A stretch of 53,198 bases of DNA from a virus. Lineage: Duplodnaviria > Caudoviricetes. The notes beneath the pieces are model-generated. The model did no database searches, had not been told where the DNA came from, and saw only the letters and a program-made list of their open reading frames with translations. Both the position numbers and the translations under genes were made by a program. Positions within the stretch are counted from its first letter, which is position 1. Each line of letters begins with the position of its first letter. The DNA is taken from positions 1-53,198 of the IMG/VR virus record IMGVR_UViG_3300027734_000099. One strand, 5' to 3'. Positions 9,313 to 17,191 of the stretch are shown piece by piece.

Positions 9313-9879
9313 TTAAGCTTCTTGTATGTATGTATGGATCTCTCCACCAGAATAGATGTCGTGCTTACAGGCGATCTCGATTGCTCGTCTCACAACCTTT
9401 TCGGCGGACTCGGGTGTACTGATTTTTGCATAGTTCAAAGCCTCAAGTGCGCCCAGTGCAACATCTCCACCACTACCAGCATAGTAAACGCGGCGGGCTT
9501 CTCTATCCCAAGAGTAGTCATTAAAGATCGGGTAAATTACACCGCGGATAGATACAAGCAAGTTAGAGTCTTGCCATGCTGCATCGCCATCTTCTTTACC
9601 TTCAAAGCCTGCATCCTGGAAAGCTTTACGCATTGAGGGAATAAACTTCTTAGTCATAAATGTATCTAAATCAATAGTTGCACCTGGCTTTGGAGGTTTC
9701 CAACCAAATTGCGTAATGTTTCCACCTCTAGAAGCGCCGGAGACAGCTATCAGTACACCGTTGTTATTAACAATCTTAGAAGTGGCAAGTTCCATATAGC
9801 GACCATCTTCATCGGAGGCGCGGGAATCACAACCAATAACGGACCAGCCATCACCTTGAATTGCAACAAGCGTTGTCAT
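9313..9879 (-). CDS. Ntn-hydrolase, proteasome beta/HslV-like peptidase
   Basis: N-terminal MTT, DSR, K at about position 34, GSGG, DIYSGG. Confidence 0.85.
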   Translation of the reverse strand: MTTLVAIQGDGWSVIGCDSRASDEDGRYMELATSKIVNNNGVLIAVSGASRGGNITQFGWKPPKPGATIDLDTFMTKKFIPSMRKAFQDAGFEGKEDGDAAWQDSNLLVSIRGVIYPIFNDYSWDREARRVYYAGSGGDVALGALEALNYAKISTPESAEKVVRRAIEIACKHDIYSGGEIHTYIQEA

Positions 9880-9915
9880 GGGACCCCTTCGATTGGTAAG
9901 ACAATAATAGCCTAC

Positions 9916-10395
9916 CTACTGACCAGCACCCAACTGAAACTCCTCTGGCCTTTTTCGGGGAAGGTTTTGGTATGTAGTCTTACTCCAAGGAGCTCCATCT
10001 AGGTATAGCTCGATAAAATCGTGGGTGGAGTCTGAATTCTTTAGGACATCCCATAGGAGAGGGTCAACTCCATCGTATTGGATCATGGAGCCGTCTCTCA
10101 TGCCTATGACTAGGACTTCCATCTCCTTGTCTAGGGAGTAGCAGGCGTACACAGCTCTGTGGCGTGTCTTGCCTGGACTCTGAGGAGCATCAATGTATTC
10201 ATACCCAGGGCCACACGGACTTGTAGATGACATAGAGGTCATCCGAGCTTCCCGTCCTTCTGGTGTGCTTAGCTCCTCAGGCTCTCCAAATACCTTCTCA
10301 CGGCCTCTTAGAGACAGGTTGAGACGTTTGTTAGTCTCATCCTCATAGGCTTGTCTAAGGCGGTCTAAATCCCGTCCTACGCCGTCTCTAGCCAT
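9916..10395 (-). CDS. KTSC-like domain protein
   Basis: L.I.MRDGSMIQYDGV...W..L..SDS..DFI pattern. Confidence 0.55.
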   Translation of the reverse strand: MARDGVGRDLDRLRQAYEDETNKRLNLSLRGREKVFGEPEELSTPEGREARMTSMSSTSPCGPGYEYIDAPQSPGKTRHRAVYACYSLDKEMEVLVIGMRDGSMIQYDGVDPLLWDVLKNSDSTHDFIELYLDGAPWSKTTYQNLPRKRPEEFQLGAGQ

Positions 10396-10507
10396 CGTAC
10401 TCTTCCTCCAGATGTTTCTCCTCGCACATGCGAGCTAAATCAGGCACTACATAGATTTTTCTACATAGTTGGCAGGTCCAGCGCTCTAGGCGCTCCCGAT
10501 CATCCAT
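10388..10507 (-). CDS. 39-aa C2HC/C2H2-like Zn-finger peptide (not in ORF track)
   Basis: MDDRERLERWTCQLCRKIYVVPDLARMCEEKH... Confidence 0.55.
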   Translation of the reverse strand: MDDRERLERWTCQLCRKIYVVPDLARMCEEKHLEEEYDG

Positions 10508-10562
10508 ATGGAGTGAGTGTATCTCTTGGCTACTGCTTAGAACTGATAAATAACCTGGGTTA

Positions 10563-11267
10563 TTAGGAGTAGTCCTTTTTAGTCCAATGCTTTAATTTAT
10601 ATGCTCCTCCACCCGAATCTATAGCATCTTCTCGCAAACTGTTCTGATTCCCCCTTAAATCATTATTTACTTTAATTTCCCACTCATGACGCTTGATAGG
10701 TATCACCTGTAGATATGGAGTTCCCTTAGGAATGATCCCCTCAAATCCTGTACTTACGCAAAATAAAGCTGATCCTGGTGCTGCAAAGGCATCTGTGTCT
10801 ACTAACCCTGAAAAAGTTATAAATGGTAGATCCGGCCTGTTAAGAGGATGAGTAATTAGAGCGCTATACCCTTCCGGAGTTTTAATTCCCCAAGGAACAT
10901 TCCAAGCAAAAGACCATTCCGAATAACCATTTATACGTTGTAACCCAAGTGAAACAGATGATGACCGCACCTCAAGAGGCCACAACTCTGAATTCCAACT
11001 TAAATCTGGTACAAAACCAGTTTCAACCTCTACCTGCATAATTTTAATATCACACCAAGTAGTCAACATATACCCAGCTGTCATGGCGTCTAGATACGGA
11101 ATGCATGCTTTTGCTGTAAGAGTGTCTCGTGTTTTATTTAAATTATCGCTATGCCTAGGTATTTCCTTGTACCAATCTGGAATTGTCCTTGAAGAGGGTA
11201 CTGGAGATGGTATTACCCGATTAATTGTGTTTGAAGGTGAATAGGTTTCAACAGTTAGTTTGTCCAT
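10563..11267 (-). CDS. dUTPase-fold/DUF6065-like protein (paralog of 49374-50084)
   Basis: IP.WYK, K.C.P.LDA..AGY, TP.GYS.L.THP.NR.DLPF...SG.VD.D, GTP..Q.IPIKR shared with 49374-50084. Confidence 0.7.
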   Translation of the reverse strand: MDKLTVETYSPSNTINRVIPSPVPSSRTIPDWYKEIPRHSDNLNKTRDTLTAKACIPYLDAMTAGYMLTTWCDIKIMQVEVETGFVPDLSWNSELWPLEVRSSSVSLGLQRINGYSEWSFAWNVPWGIKTPEGYSALITHPLNRPDLPFITFSGLVDTDAFAAPGSALFCVSTGFEGIIPKGTPYLQVIPIKRHEWEIKVNNDLRGNQNSLREDAIDSGGGAYKLKHWTKKDYS

Positions 11268-11342
11268 TCCCCCACCCTATCGCACTTAGGCCACTGTATG
11301 AGCATAGATACTCCCAACAGTTCGTCTCACCTGGCCAAACTT

Positions 11343-11414
11343 GGACAAAACGGACATTTAACCCATACCCCCCCAAAACGGACAAAGCGGACAAAAGCAA
11401 ACCAAACGGACAAA
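11343..11414 (+). repeat. Five GGACA(AA) direct repeats at strand switch
   Basis: Copies at 11343, 11352, 11380, 11389, 11408. Confidence 0.75.
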
Positions 11415-11469
11415 TAAACTAATAGTGAAGGCGGTCAGACCGAAGGTTAGAAAGTAGGTAATTCTGTGT

Positions 11470-11508
11470 GCGCCGTATAGTGCGGTTCGATTCCCACTAT
11501 ACGGGCGC
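11470..11508 (+). ncRNA. tRNA T-arm-like hairpin (GGUUCGAUUCC loop on about 15-bp stem)
   Basis: GCGCCGTATAGTG-C-GG-TTCGATT-CC-CACTATACGGGCGC. Confidence 0.5.
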
Positions 11509-11547
11509 GGGCTTACATCTAGTAAGTCTTAGCAGAAGGGGACTATT

Positions 11548-12069
11548 ATGTCCGCACGCGAAAATCTATCTGCCCTGTTGGCTACTCGTGGCAAGGGTGG
11601 CTCATTAGAGTCCATCTCCCAAGCGGGTAAGCACTTCAGCGCCGATAAGACGCTCACACCTTCCGACTTTATCGTAGATAAGTTGGAAGCCTCTAAGGCA
11701 ATCACACTACTCGGCGGGTTCGCCGTATCTACCTATGGCTTCGAGCCAGCGGTGGCTTACTCAATGCGTAATGTGTTTGCTAAGGAGTATGGCAAGGTGC
11801 TAGGTCTATTCGACCTTACACAGCCAGACTTCGTTGCTTCTATCAAGGAGATAGAGCAAGAGATTGCCACAGCAGAAGCCGATAAGGCTTCTCTTGACAT
11901 CTCATTAGGCGTAGATGCGGAACGCTACATCAAGAACGCTACTTCTCAGATTGAGAAGGTTATTGATGGTTCTGTATCGCCTAAAGTTCGCCACGACCTT
12001 CTCACTCTCCAAGCAATCATTGAGAAGAAGTTGGCTTACGCACCACTCAAAGTCGCACAGAACGCCTAG
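11548..12069 (+). CDS. Hypothetical early protein (first gene of plus-strand block)
   Basis: 173 aa, AGAAGGGG SD. Confidence 0.85.
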   Translation: MSARENLSALLATRGKGGSLESISQAGKHFSADKTLTPSDFIVDKLEASKAITLLGGFAVSTYGFEPAVAYSMRNVFAKEYGKVLGLFDLTQPDFVASIKEIEQEIATAEADKASLDISLGVDAERYIKNATSQIEKVIDGSVSPKVRHDLLTLQAIIEKKLAYAPLKVAQNA

Positions 12070-12078
12070 TTCGTAGTT

Positions 12079-12483
12079 AGTGGGGGGAGCAATCCCCCCA
12101 CTCTCTATCTATGTCCATAGTCATCTATGGGCGTAGATGGGGTTATGCCGACCAATCGGCTCACTCTGCTATGTAAGTAGCAGACCCCCGCACACGATTA
12201 CCTACTTTTCGTGTCTTCTGTCTATCGAGAAGCCCTAGCCGTCCCCTTCACAATGTCGGCTAGGGCTTTCTCATTCTCACATAGTGATACAACTCACATC
12301 ATAGATAGTTTGGCTACTGTCAAATTGACAACTATGAGCATTGAGAGACACACCAGGTCTGGGGCTATGTCTAGGGTCTGTTATCAGGTAGGTTGTGGAA
12401 GGCACATCTGTTCATCTATGAGGAGGGTCTTCATAGTATTTGAGTGCTAAGCAGGTGTGCCTCTCACTCTCTATCTGAGAGTG
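12079..12483 (+). ncRNA. Hairpin-dense non-coding region (candidate structured RNA A)
   Basis: Stems 12079-12102 (GCAA loop), 12103-12142 (18 bp, 4 G-U), 12227-12272, 12400-12462 (13 bp), 12465-12483. Confidence 0.5.
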
Positions 12484-12498
12484 TATGAAAGGATAGCT

Positions 12499-12699
12499 AT
12501 GAACTGTATCTATTGCGGACAGCCTGTGCATCCAGAGAGATGGGAAGCAGGCTATGAGTATTGTATGGCTCCTGAGTGTGCTCATCAGTTACGAGAGCGT
12601 GCTGAGCAATACAGGCTCATTTTAGTTCCTAAGCAGGGCTTTACCTATGTAGAGGCTGACTCTCCTCATCTCCTATCTGGTAAGTCATCAGGTAGATAA
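12499..12699 (+). CDS. Small Zn-finger protein
   Basis: CIYC...ERW.AGYEYC...C; GAAAGGA SD. Confidence 0.75.
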   Translation: MNCIYCGQPVHPERWEAGYEYCMAPECAHQLRERAEQYRLILVPKQGFTYVEADSPHLLSGKSSGR

Positions 12700-12717
12700 T
12701 TTCCCCGCGCTTTTTTA

Positions 12718-12826
12718 GTGTTGCTGATGGAAGATACATAGGACGACAGACTGAGGCTCGTAAGGTGTTAATTTGCCTGTGTAGCGTGTAGGTCGACTTT
12801 CCCTATGTATCTCTCATTGGTAATAC
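12718..12826 (+). ncRNA. Long bulged hairpin (candidate structured RNA B)
   Basis: GTGTTGCTGATG/CATTGGTAATAC (12 bp, 3 G-U) plus AGATACATAGG/CCTATGTATCT (11 bp). Confidence 0.5.
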
Positions 12827-12849
12827 CTTTTACCAATAGAAGGAGCATT

Positions 12850-12990
12850 ATGTTCACACTATCGATCAAGATAGGTTTTACCCGTAAGAAGAAAGAGATG
12901 ACAGATGTTGTATGTCATCACTGTGGACAGCCTTATCGTGTTCACATAAATAACATCAGAGCGGTCAATTACTGCACTAGTTGTAAGTAA
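12850..12990 (+). CDS. Small Zn-ribbon protein
   Basis: CHHC...CTSC; AGAAGGAG SD. Confidence 0.65.
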   Translation: MFTLSIKIGFTRKKKEMTDVVCHHCGQPYRVHINNIRAVNYCTSCK

Positions 12991-13014
12991 TACACCAAAT
13001 CTTCCCCGCGAAGT

Positions 13015-13300
13015 TTGAGATGGACAGAGGGCACACTGAATAGGCTGTCGATTGCACGGAGAACTGAATATCTATTGGGGTGTAACTATGAAGATAGATG
13101 GAAAGTGAAGAAGCGAAACAGAACGGACTTGGGTGCCTGAGGAATCCTGTGGCTGATAGTTACCTATCCAAGTAAGAGTGGAGTATGTAGGAAAAGACGC
13201 GACTGTGCTTACATACAGAATGAAACGACGCAAGAGGGACTGTGGCTGTGAGTCTCACGCAATTCCTTCAGTAATTCAGTGTGCCGTCTATCTATCTCAA
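13015..13300 (+). ncRNA. Candidate 286-nt multi-stem RNA with kissing-loop pseudoknot (RNA C)
   Basis: 27-position closing stem 13015-13041/13274-13300; internal stems; GTAACTAT/ATAGTTAC loop-loop pairing; no ORF. Confidence 0.6.
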
Positions 13301-13328
13301 CCGAGGTAGATGACAGAAGGGAGACGCA

Positions 13329-13919
13329 GTGTCAGGTGTAGCAAATGCAATGACACTAGAGCGTTTCTATGAGTACAACCCCCCAATTGACCCAGATAAG
13401 TCATATTGGTGGGCAGTGGATACTATTCAAGTAGGCGATTATGTAAGATCAAATAAAGATAAATACAACACCCACACATGGCGTGTCGTTGCTATCGGCG
13501 CCAATAGTTGGAAGAATATCTCAGTACTAATGGAAATGCCTTCAAACTATACAAAGACATCAGGTATCTATGACAAGTATTGGTCTTATGGTCTCAATGA
13601 GAACAATGAGCCGGTGTGTCGTAGAACTATGTATTTGAACAACATCAAAAAAATCAACCCAGAAAAAGGAGAAGATATGTGCCGCTGTCGTTCGTCATAT
13701 TGTTTTTGCGATAGTGCATTGACATACGAAGTTAATGAGCATTCATTGACTGTTGATGTATCTAAAGGCAAAACAATCCGGCTTACTCTTGAAGAGTGTG
13801 CTGAACTAGCATCATTCTTAGGAACTGCCAAAGGCAAGATAAAAGAAGCCAAGCTTGCTGCTCTCAAAGAGCAACAAGATGAGTTGGCTAAGCAACTAGC
13901 AGAAGTGGAGTCAATGTAA
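13329..13919 (+). CDS. Hypothetical protein with probable in-frame internal start at 13677
   Basis: AGAAGGGAG SD; second AAAGGAG SD before ATG 13677; coiled-coil C-terminus. Confidence 0.75.
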   Translation: MSGVANAMTLERFYEYNPPIDPDKSYWWAVDTIQVGDYVRSNKDKYNTHTWRVVAIGANSWKNISVLMEMPSNYTKTSGIYDKYWSYGLNENNEPVCRRTMYLNNIKKINPEKGEDMCRCRSSYCFCDSALTYEVNEHSLTVDVSKGKTIRLTLEECAELASFLGTAKGKIKEAKLAALKEQQDELAKQLAEVESM

Positions 13920-14005
13920 TGTATATTGAGTTCGAGCCACAGACTATCGTGATTATCTGTATCTCATTAGTCTTCATCGCAGCCATCAGAGCATGGCGTA
14001 AGTAA
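13919..14005 (+). CDS. 28-aa single-TM peptide (not in ORF track)
   Basis: MYIEFEPQTIVIICISLVFIAAIRAWRK; TAATG coupling. Confidence 0.55.
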   Translation: MYIEFEPQTIVIICISLVFIAAIRAWRK

Positions 14006-14006
14006 T

Positions 14007-14126
14007 TCCCAGAGAAAGGGATACACACTTCGGTGTGGTTGGTCTGACGAGACCTGAGGTAAAACACGTCCCGCGCATCGGGGTATATCTGCGTCTCACC
14101 TGAGCATGTGAAGGCTAAACTGCTCA
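14007..14126 (+). ncRNA. Structured intergenic RNA ending in H-type pseudoknot
   Basis: CACAC-TTCG-GTGTG, GGTCT/AGACC, pseudoknot TCAC/GTGA with TGAGCA/TGCTCA. Confidence 0.45.
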
Positions 14127-14145
14127 CCTAACAGAAGGGAAAGCA

Positions 14146-14520
14146 ATGACTATAACCATAGTCGAATGTGCACGCTGTCAGGAGCCACAAGTATTCAAGC
14201 CCATGTCTATGGACTCTGATATACCTGTTGCTTTAGATATATCTTTAGATGGTGGCTACGCAATGTTCGTAGACAACATCTATGCTGAGGGTGGTAAGAA
14301 CCCTCTGCAATTTACGTTGTGCCACAAGTGTGCCCACGAGTTCACAAAGTTCATGTGTATACCTGAGACCACAGTGTTTAACTGGCACTCAAATACAGAG
14401 GAGGAATACTGCAGTGGCTACACCAAAGAATGGTTTAACGAACAGTACGATAAACAAATCGCTTACGTCAAAGAAAACTGGCACAAGCAATTCCCCAACA
14501 ACCCATTCCCCAACTCTTGA
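14146..14520 (+). CDS. Zn-binding hypothetical protein (possible +1 extension to 14629)
   Basis: CARC...LCHKC; AGAAGGG SD. Confidence 0.75.
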   Translation: MTITIVECARCQEPQVFKPMSMDSDIPVALDISLDGGYAMFVDNIYAEGGKNPLQFTLCHKCAHEFTKFMCIPETTVFNWHSNTEEEYCSGYTKEWFNEQYDKQIAYVKENWHKQFPNNPFPNS

Positions 14521-14654
14521 TGAGTTAAAGAAAGACCTGTTCATTGCCATTGAAGTTCTCAATGGTTATACAGAGCACGAAGCATTGCTAAATTGGCAGT
14601 GCACACAAGGGACATGCCAATGTCCATAACAACTACCCCCGAAAGGAGCCTTCA

Positions 14655-14912
14655 ATGGCAGGGAAAAAATCAGGCGGTTCAAGAAATGATAGCCGACCTA
14701 ATGGCAAAGCATGGAAAAAGAATCCTGGCCCAGATGGAGTCAAATCCAAGTTTGAGTCTAGACCAGGTCGTATTAACGGTCGCAGTGCAAGCAACCATGA
14801 GAAACGTGAAGCCTGGAAAGCAGCAGGCGGTCGTGTTGACCACCCAACTATCCCACACTGGCGCACTGGCAAAGTAAGAAAGGAGACAGTAAGTGTTTCC
14901 AATGACGCCTAG
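14655..14912 (+). CDS. Small basic protein
   Basis: GAAAGGAG SD; Lys/Arg/Gly-rich 85 aa. Confidence 0.7.
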   Translation: MAGKKSGGSRNDSRPNGKAWKKNPGPDGVKSKFESRPGRINGRSASNHEKREAWKAAGGRVDHPTIPHWRTGKVRKETVSVSNDA

Positions 14913-15090
14913 CCAATCATGGCTATTCCTGTTCCTATTGTTTTACTCAGTAGGAATTACAGCTCTTGCATACCTATGGCGTAGTAAGTATTATGACTTA
15001 CAGTCATACCGTATCTTTGAGCGTAAGCAACAAGGATACAAACGCACACAGTTAGACGAAATATACTCACAGTCATTTCTTAAAGACTAG
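14893..15090 (+). CDS. Small membrane protein
   Basis: One TM helix; AGAAAGGAG SD before GTG. Confidence 0.7.
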   Translation: MFPMTPSQSWLFLFLLFYSVGITALAYLWRSKYYDLQSYRIFERKQQGYKRTQLDEIYSQSFLKD

Positions 15091-15206
15091 TCTTACACGG
15101 AAGGCGGGAGTTCTATTGAACGAAAACCGGCCCTCGTAAGACCGCACCATCATGCGGTATACAAATGTGATGGAGCTTGTATAGATGTCACAGTCTATGC
15201 AAGCAC

Positions 15207-15433
15207 GTTGGGCAGGGGCATAATGAGTGGCCAAGAACTGAGGGGGAGCATTAGTAAGAAGTGCCTTCGTTTTGTAAGTGGCTAGGTATCCCATGGGGAA
15301 ACTACTCCTGGCTGTGCAACCACTCAAAACATCAAACACTAAATGCGTTTGCTGATGACAGCACACCTCGGGGTAACCCACGTGTGCCGAGGCTAGAGTC
15401 AGGATACCGTGGGAGGTGGCACCCCTGTCCAAC
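15207..15433 (+). ncRNA. Candidate 227-nt pseudoknotted RNA (RNA D)
   Basis: Closing stem GTTGGGCAGGGG/CCCCTGTCCAAC; nested TCCCATGG/CCGTGGGA and TCCTGGCT/AGTCAGGA; crossing TGAGTGG/CCACTCA. Confidence 0.55.
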
Positions 15434-15467
15434 ACAAACAAACCGCACAACAGCAGAAGGGATCAAC

Positions 15468-15758
15468 ATGTTCACAAAACGTAAGTTGATAAAGCGTATA
15501 GAGCGCATGATGGTTGAGCAAGAGCTCGAACTTCATGACCTCGATTCGCAACACAGCAGGGCATACCACAGTGGCATCATAGATGGTCTTGGTATGGCAC
15601 TCTATGAAGTGTCCCCTGTAGTAGCACGTCGTAATCCAATCAGTATCGTATGGTTTGATGAGGACTATGACGATAATCGTATGACAGAGCGTTATCGTGA
15701 AGAAGCATTTGATGCTATAAACGATAGTTCTATCTTCGAAACTGTTGAAGCCAAGTAA
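15468..15758 (+). CDS. Hypothetical protein
   Basis: AGAAGGG SD before ATG 15468. Confidence 0.75.
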   Translation: MFTKRKLIKRIERMMVEQELELHDLDSQHSRAYHSGIIDGLGMALYEVSPVVARRNPISIVWFDEDYDDNRMTERYREEAFDAINDSSIFETVEAK

Positions 15759-15760
15759 CA

Positions 15761-16471
15761 ATGGCAATCAGCAAATGGTCTGTTACAGACTATGACACAG
15801 CCAGCGTATATCTAAGTGAAGGTCGCAAGAAATGGACTCGCCCTTTGTATATGCGTGGGTTGCGCTTAACTAAACGCAGCAATGGAGACATTGCAATAAA
15901 TGACAATTGGTCTAACATGACCCCTGTTATTTATCATAAAGACGGAACTGTAACTATAGAAGCCCCAACAGTTGCTACCCACTTTGGTGGGACTTGGCAA
16001 ACGCTTAGGTCTCAAACTGTTCGTTACAACATCCGCCAGTTCTCTGGTATTAAAGACATCAAACAACAGAACTATCAATGTTATTTGACCTTTCAAGACG
16101 CAGAGGTAACCCCACCCAAAATACAAGGTTGTAGAACTTGTAAACAAACCGGAAGAATTGATAGCTGGTGTAATTCAAGTTACTGCAGCAACGAATGGCC
16201 TTGTGCAGAACACCCTGAAGCAGTGCAAGGAACCAGCGTATCAAGTTGGCATAAAGTTCCATGTGAACACGGCGTGTTGAATGGACACGAAGTTAAACGA
16301 GGACAACAATGCTACTCATGCAACGGGACACGCAAGCGTGACTACGGCAGCAGGTTAGAAACATTTAAGTGGGACGGTTCACCGCTCAAACTTAAAGATG
16401 GCAACATAGTTAAACGACCACCAACCGAACTAGAGAAAAGGATCGCAGCATATGTCCAACTACAAAGTTGA
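15761..16471 (+). CDS. Hypothetical protein with DnaJ-type CxxCxGxG Zn motifs
   Basis: CRTCKQTG, CYSCNGTR and extra Cys/His. Confidence 0.75.
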   Translation: MAISKWSVTDYDTASVYLSEGRKKWTRPLYMRGLRLTKRSNGDIAINDNWSNMTPVIYHKDGTVTIEAPTVATHFGGTWQTLRSQTVRYNIRQFSGIKDIKQQNYQCYLTFQDAEVTPPKIQGCRTCKQTGRIDSWCNSSYCSNEWPCAEHPEAVQGTSVSSWHKVPCEHGVLNGHEVKRGQQCYSCNGTRKRDYGSRLETFKWDGSPLKLKDGNIVKRPPTELEKRIAAYVQLQS

Positions 16472-16919
16472 ATATACCGGTGAGTATATGCCTTCAGCAG
16501 GAGATGCGTCTAGTCCGCTACAAGCGGCTACGCAAATCATTCAAGGCTATATTCCATCTAACATAGTAGAGAGTTCATCTCTACCAGAGTTCAGAGATGC
16601 AACGCTTGGCTACATCTTGCGAGATGTAACTGACCACGACATAGTGCTACGCGCATTGTCAACCGCATTGCGTAGCACCGAAGATACACAAAAGGTTCTT
16701 TGCTACTCTGAATACCTAACAACAATTGCATTCTCTTGGGAGCACAAGCGCCTAGCAGTAGATGCAATGATGCGTAATAGACCAGAGATGACAACACCAC
16801 ACATCTGGTCTGTTGCAGTTGCGCTAAAGAAACAAATGCCTGGCCCTTTCTATCAGACACTAGTCATTGGACAAATGACTGATGCTGAAAGCAAGTGGCG
16901 TTCAATGACAGGTATGTAA
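16452..16919 (+). CDS. Divergent DUF4192-like protein
   Basis: FRDA...AFSW...GP helical pattern resembling 21429-21905. Confidence 0.45.
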   Translation: MSNYKVEYTGEYMPSAGDASSPLQAATQIIQGYIPSNIVESSSLPEFRDATLGYILRDVTDHDIVLRALSTALRSTEDTQKVLCYSEYLTTIAFSWEHKRLAVDAMMRNRPEMTTPHIWSVAVALKKQMPGPFYQTLVIGQMTDAESKWRSMTGM

Positions 16920-17156
16920 CCAACACAAACACGGCCGCATACAGTCAACCGCAGAAGGCACACAACAAGAAATACTCGTTTAAATACTAAACCAAACCCA
17001 AGCCGGAAAGCAATAACCATGGCCTGCGCCGTTATGGTCGATCGTGACACAAAGTCCAACTGACCGTTCTGCCAGGTAGCAAAATCATGTGAGCGAGCCC
17101 GTAGTTGCTAATGAGTTCAGTCCCTTTATTACCTTCGTATGTAAGTTGTGTGCAAC

Positions 17157-17191
17157 GCCGTAGGTCACTCACTAGGTGGGTGGCCTACGGC
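17157..17191 (+). other. 16-bp hairpin at end of a 300-nt spacer
   Basis: GCCGTAGGTCACTCAC-TAG-GTGGGTGGCCTACGGC with G-U pairs on plus strand. Confidence 0.6.

Noticed and set aside
11430-11520. tRNA gene
   Set aside because: Only a T-arm is present; no D arm, anticodon arm or CCA
12211-12450. 79-aa ORF
   Set aside because: No SD, atypical composition, coincides with a dense hairpin array
14018-14072. Hammerhead ribozyme (CTGACGA...AAAC)
   Set aside because: The required GAAA reads AAAA, stem II is not closed properly, and CTGACGA is better placed in the GGTCT/AGACC hairpin
14066-14091. Type I-E CRISPR-repeat-like sequence (TCCCGCGCATCGGGG), and TTCCCCGCG copies as an array or RNA anti-CRISPR
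   Set aside because: Imperfect palindrome, the other copies lack the 3' half, and spacing of 300-1000 nt is not array-like
15352-15392. Hammerhead core CTGATGA followed by a stem
   Set aside because: The stem is followed by CGAGG, not GAAA; no stem III/NUH arrangement
15261-15467. N-terminal extensions in the ORF track (also 12457, 12805, 17105, 22743, 37099)
   Set aside because: Better SD-supported starts lie downstream; the extensions overlap structured RNA or other genes
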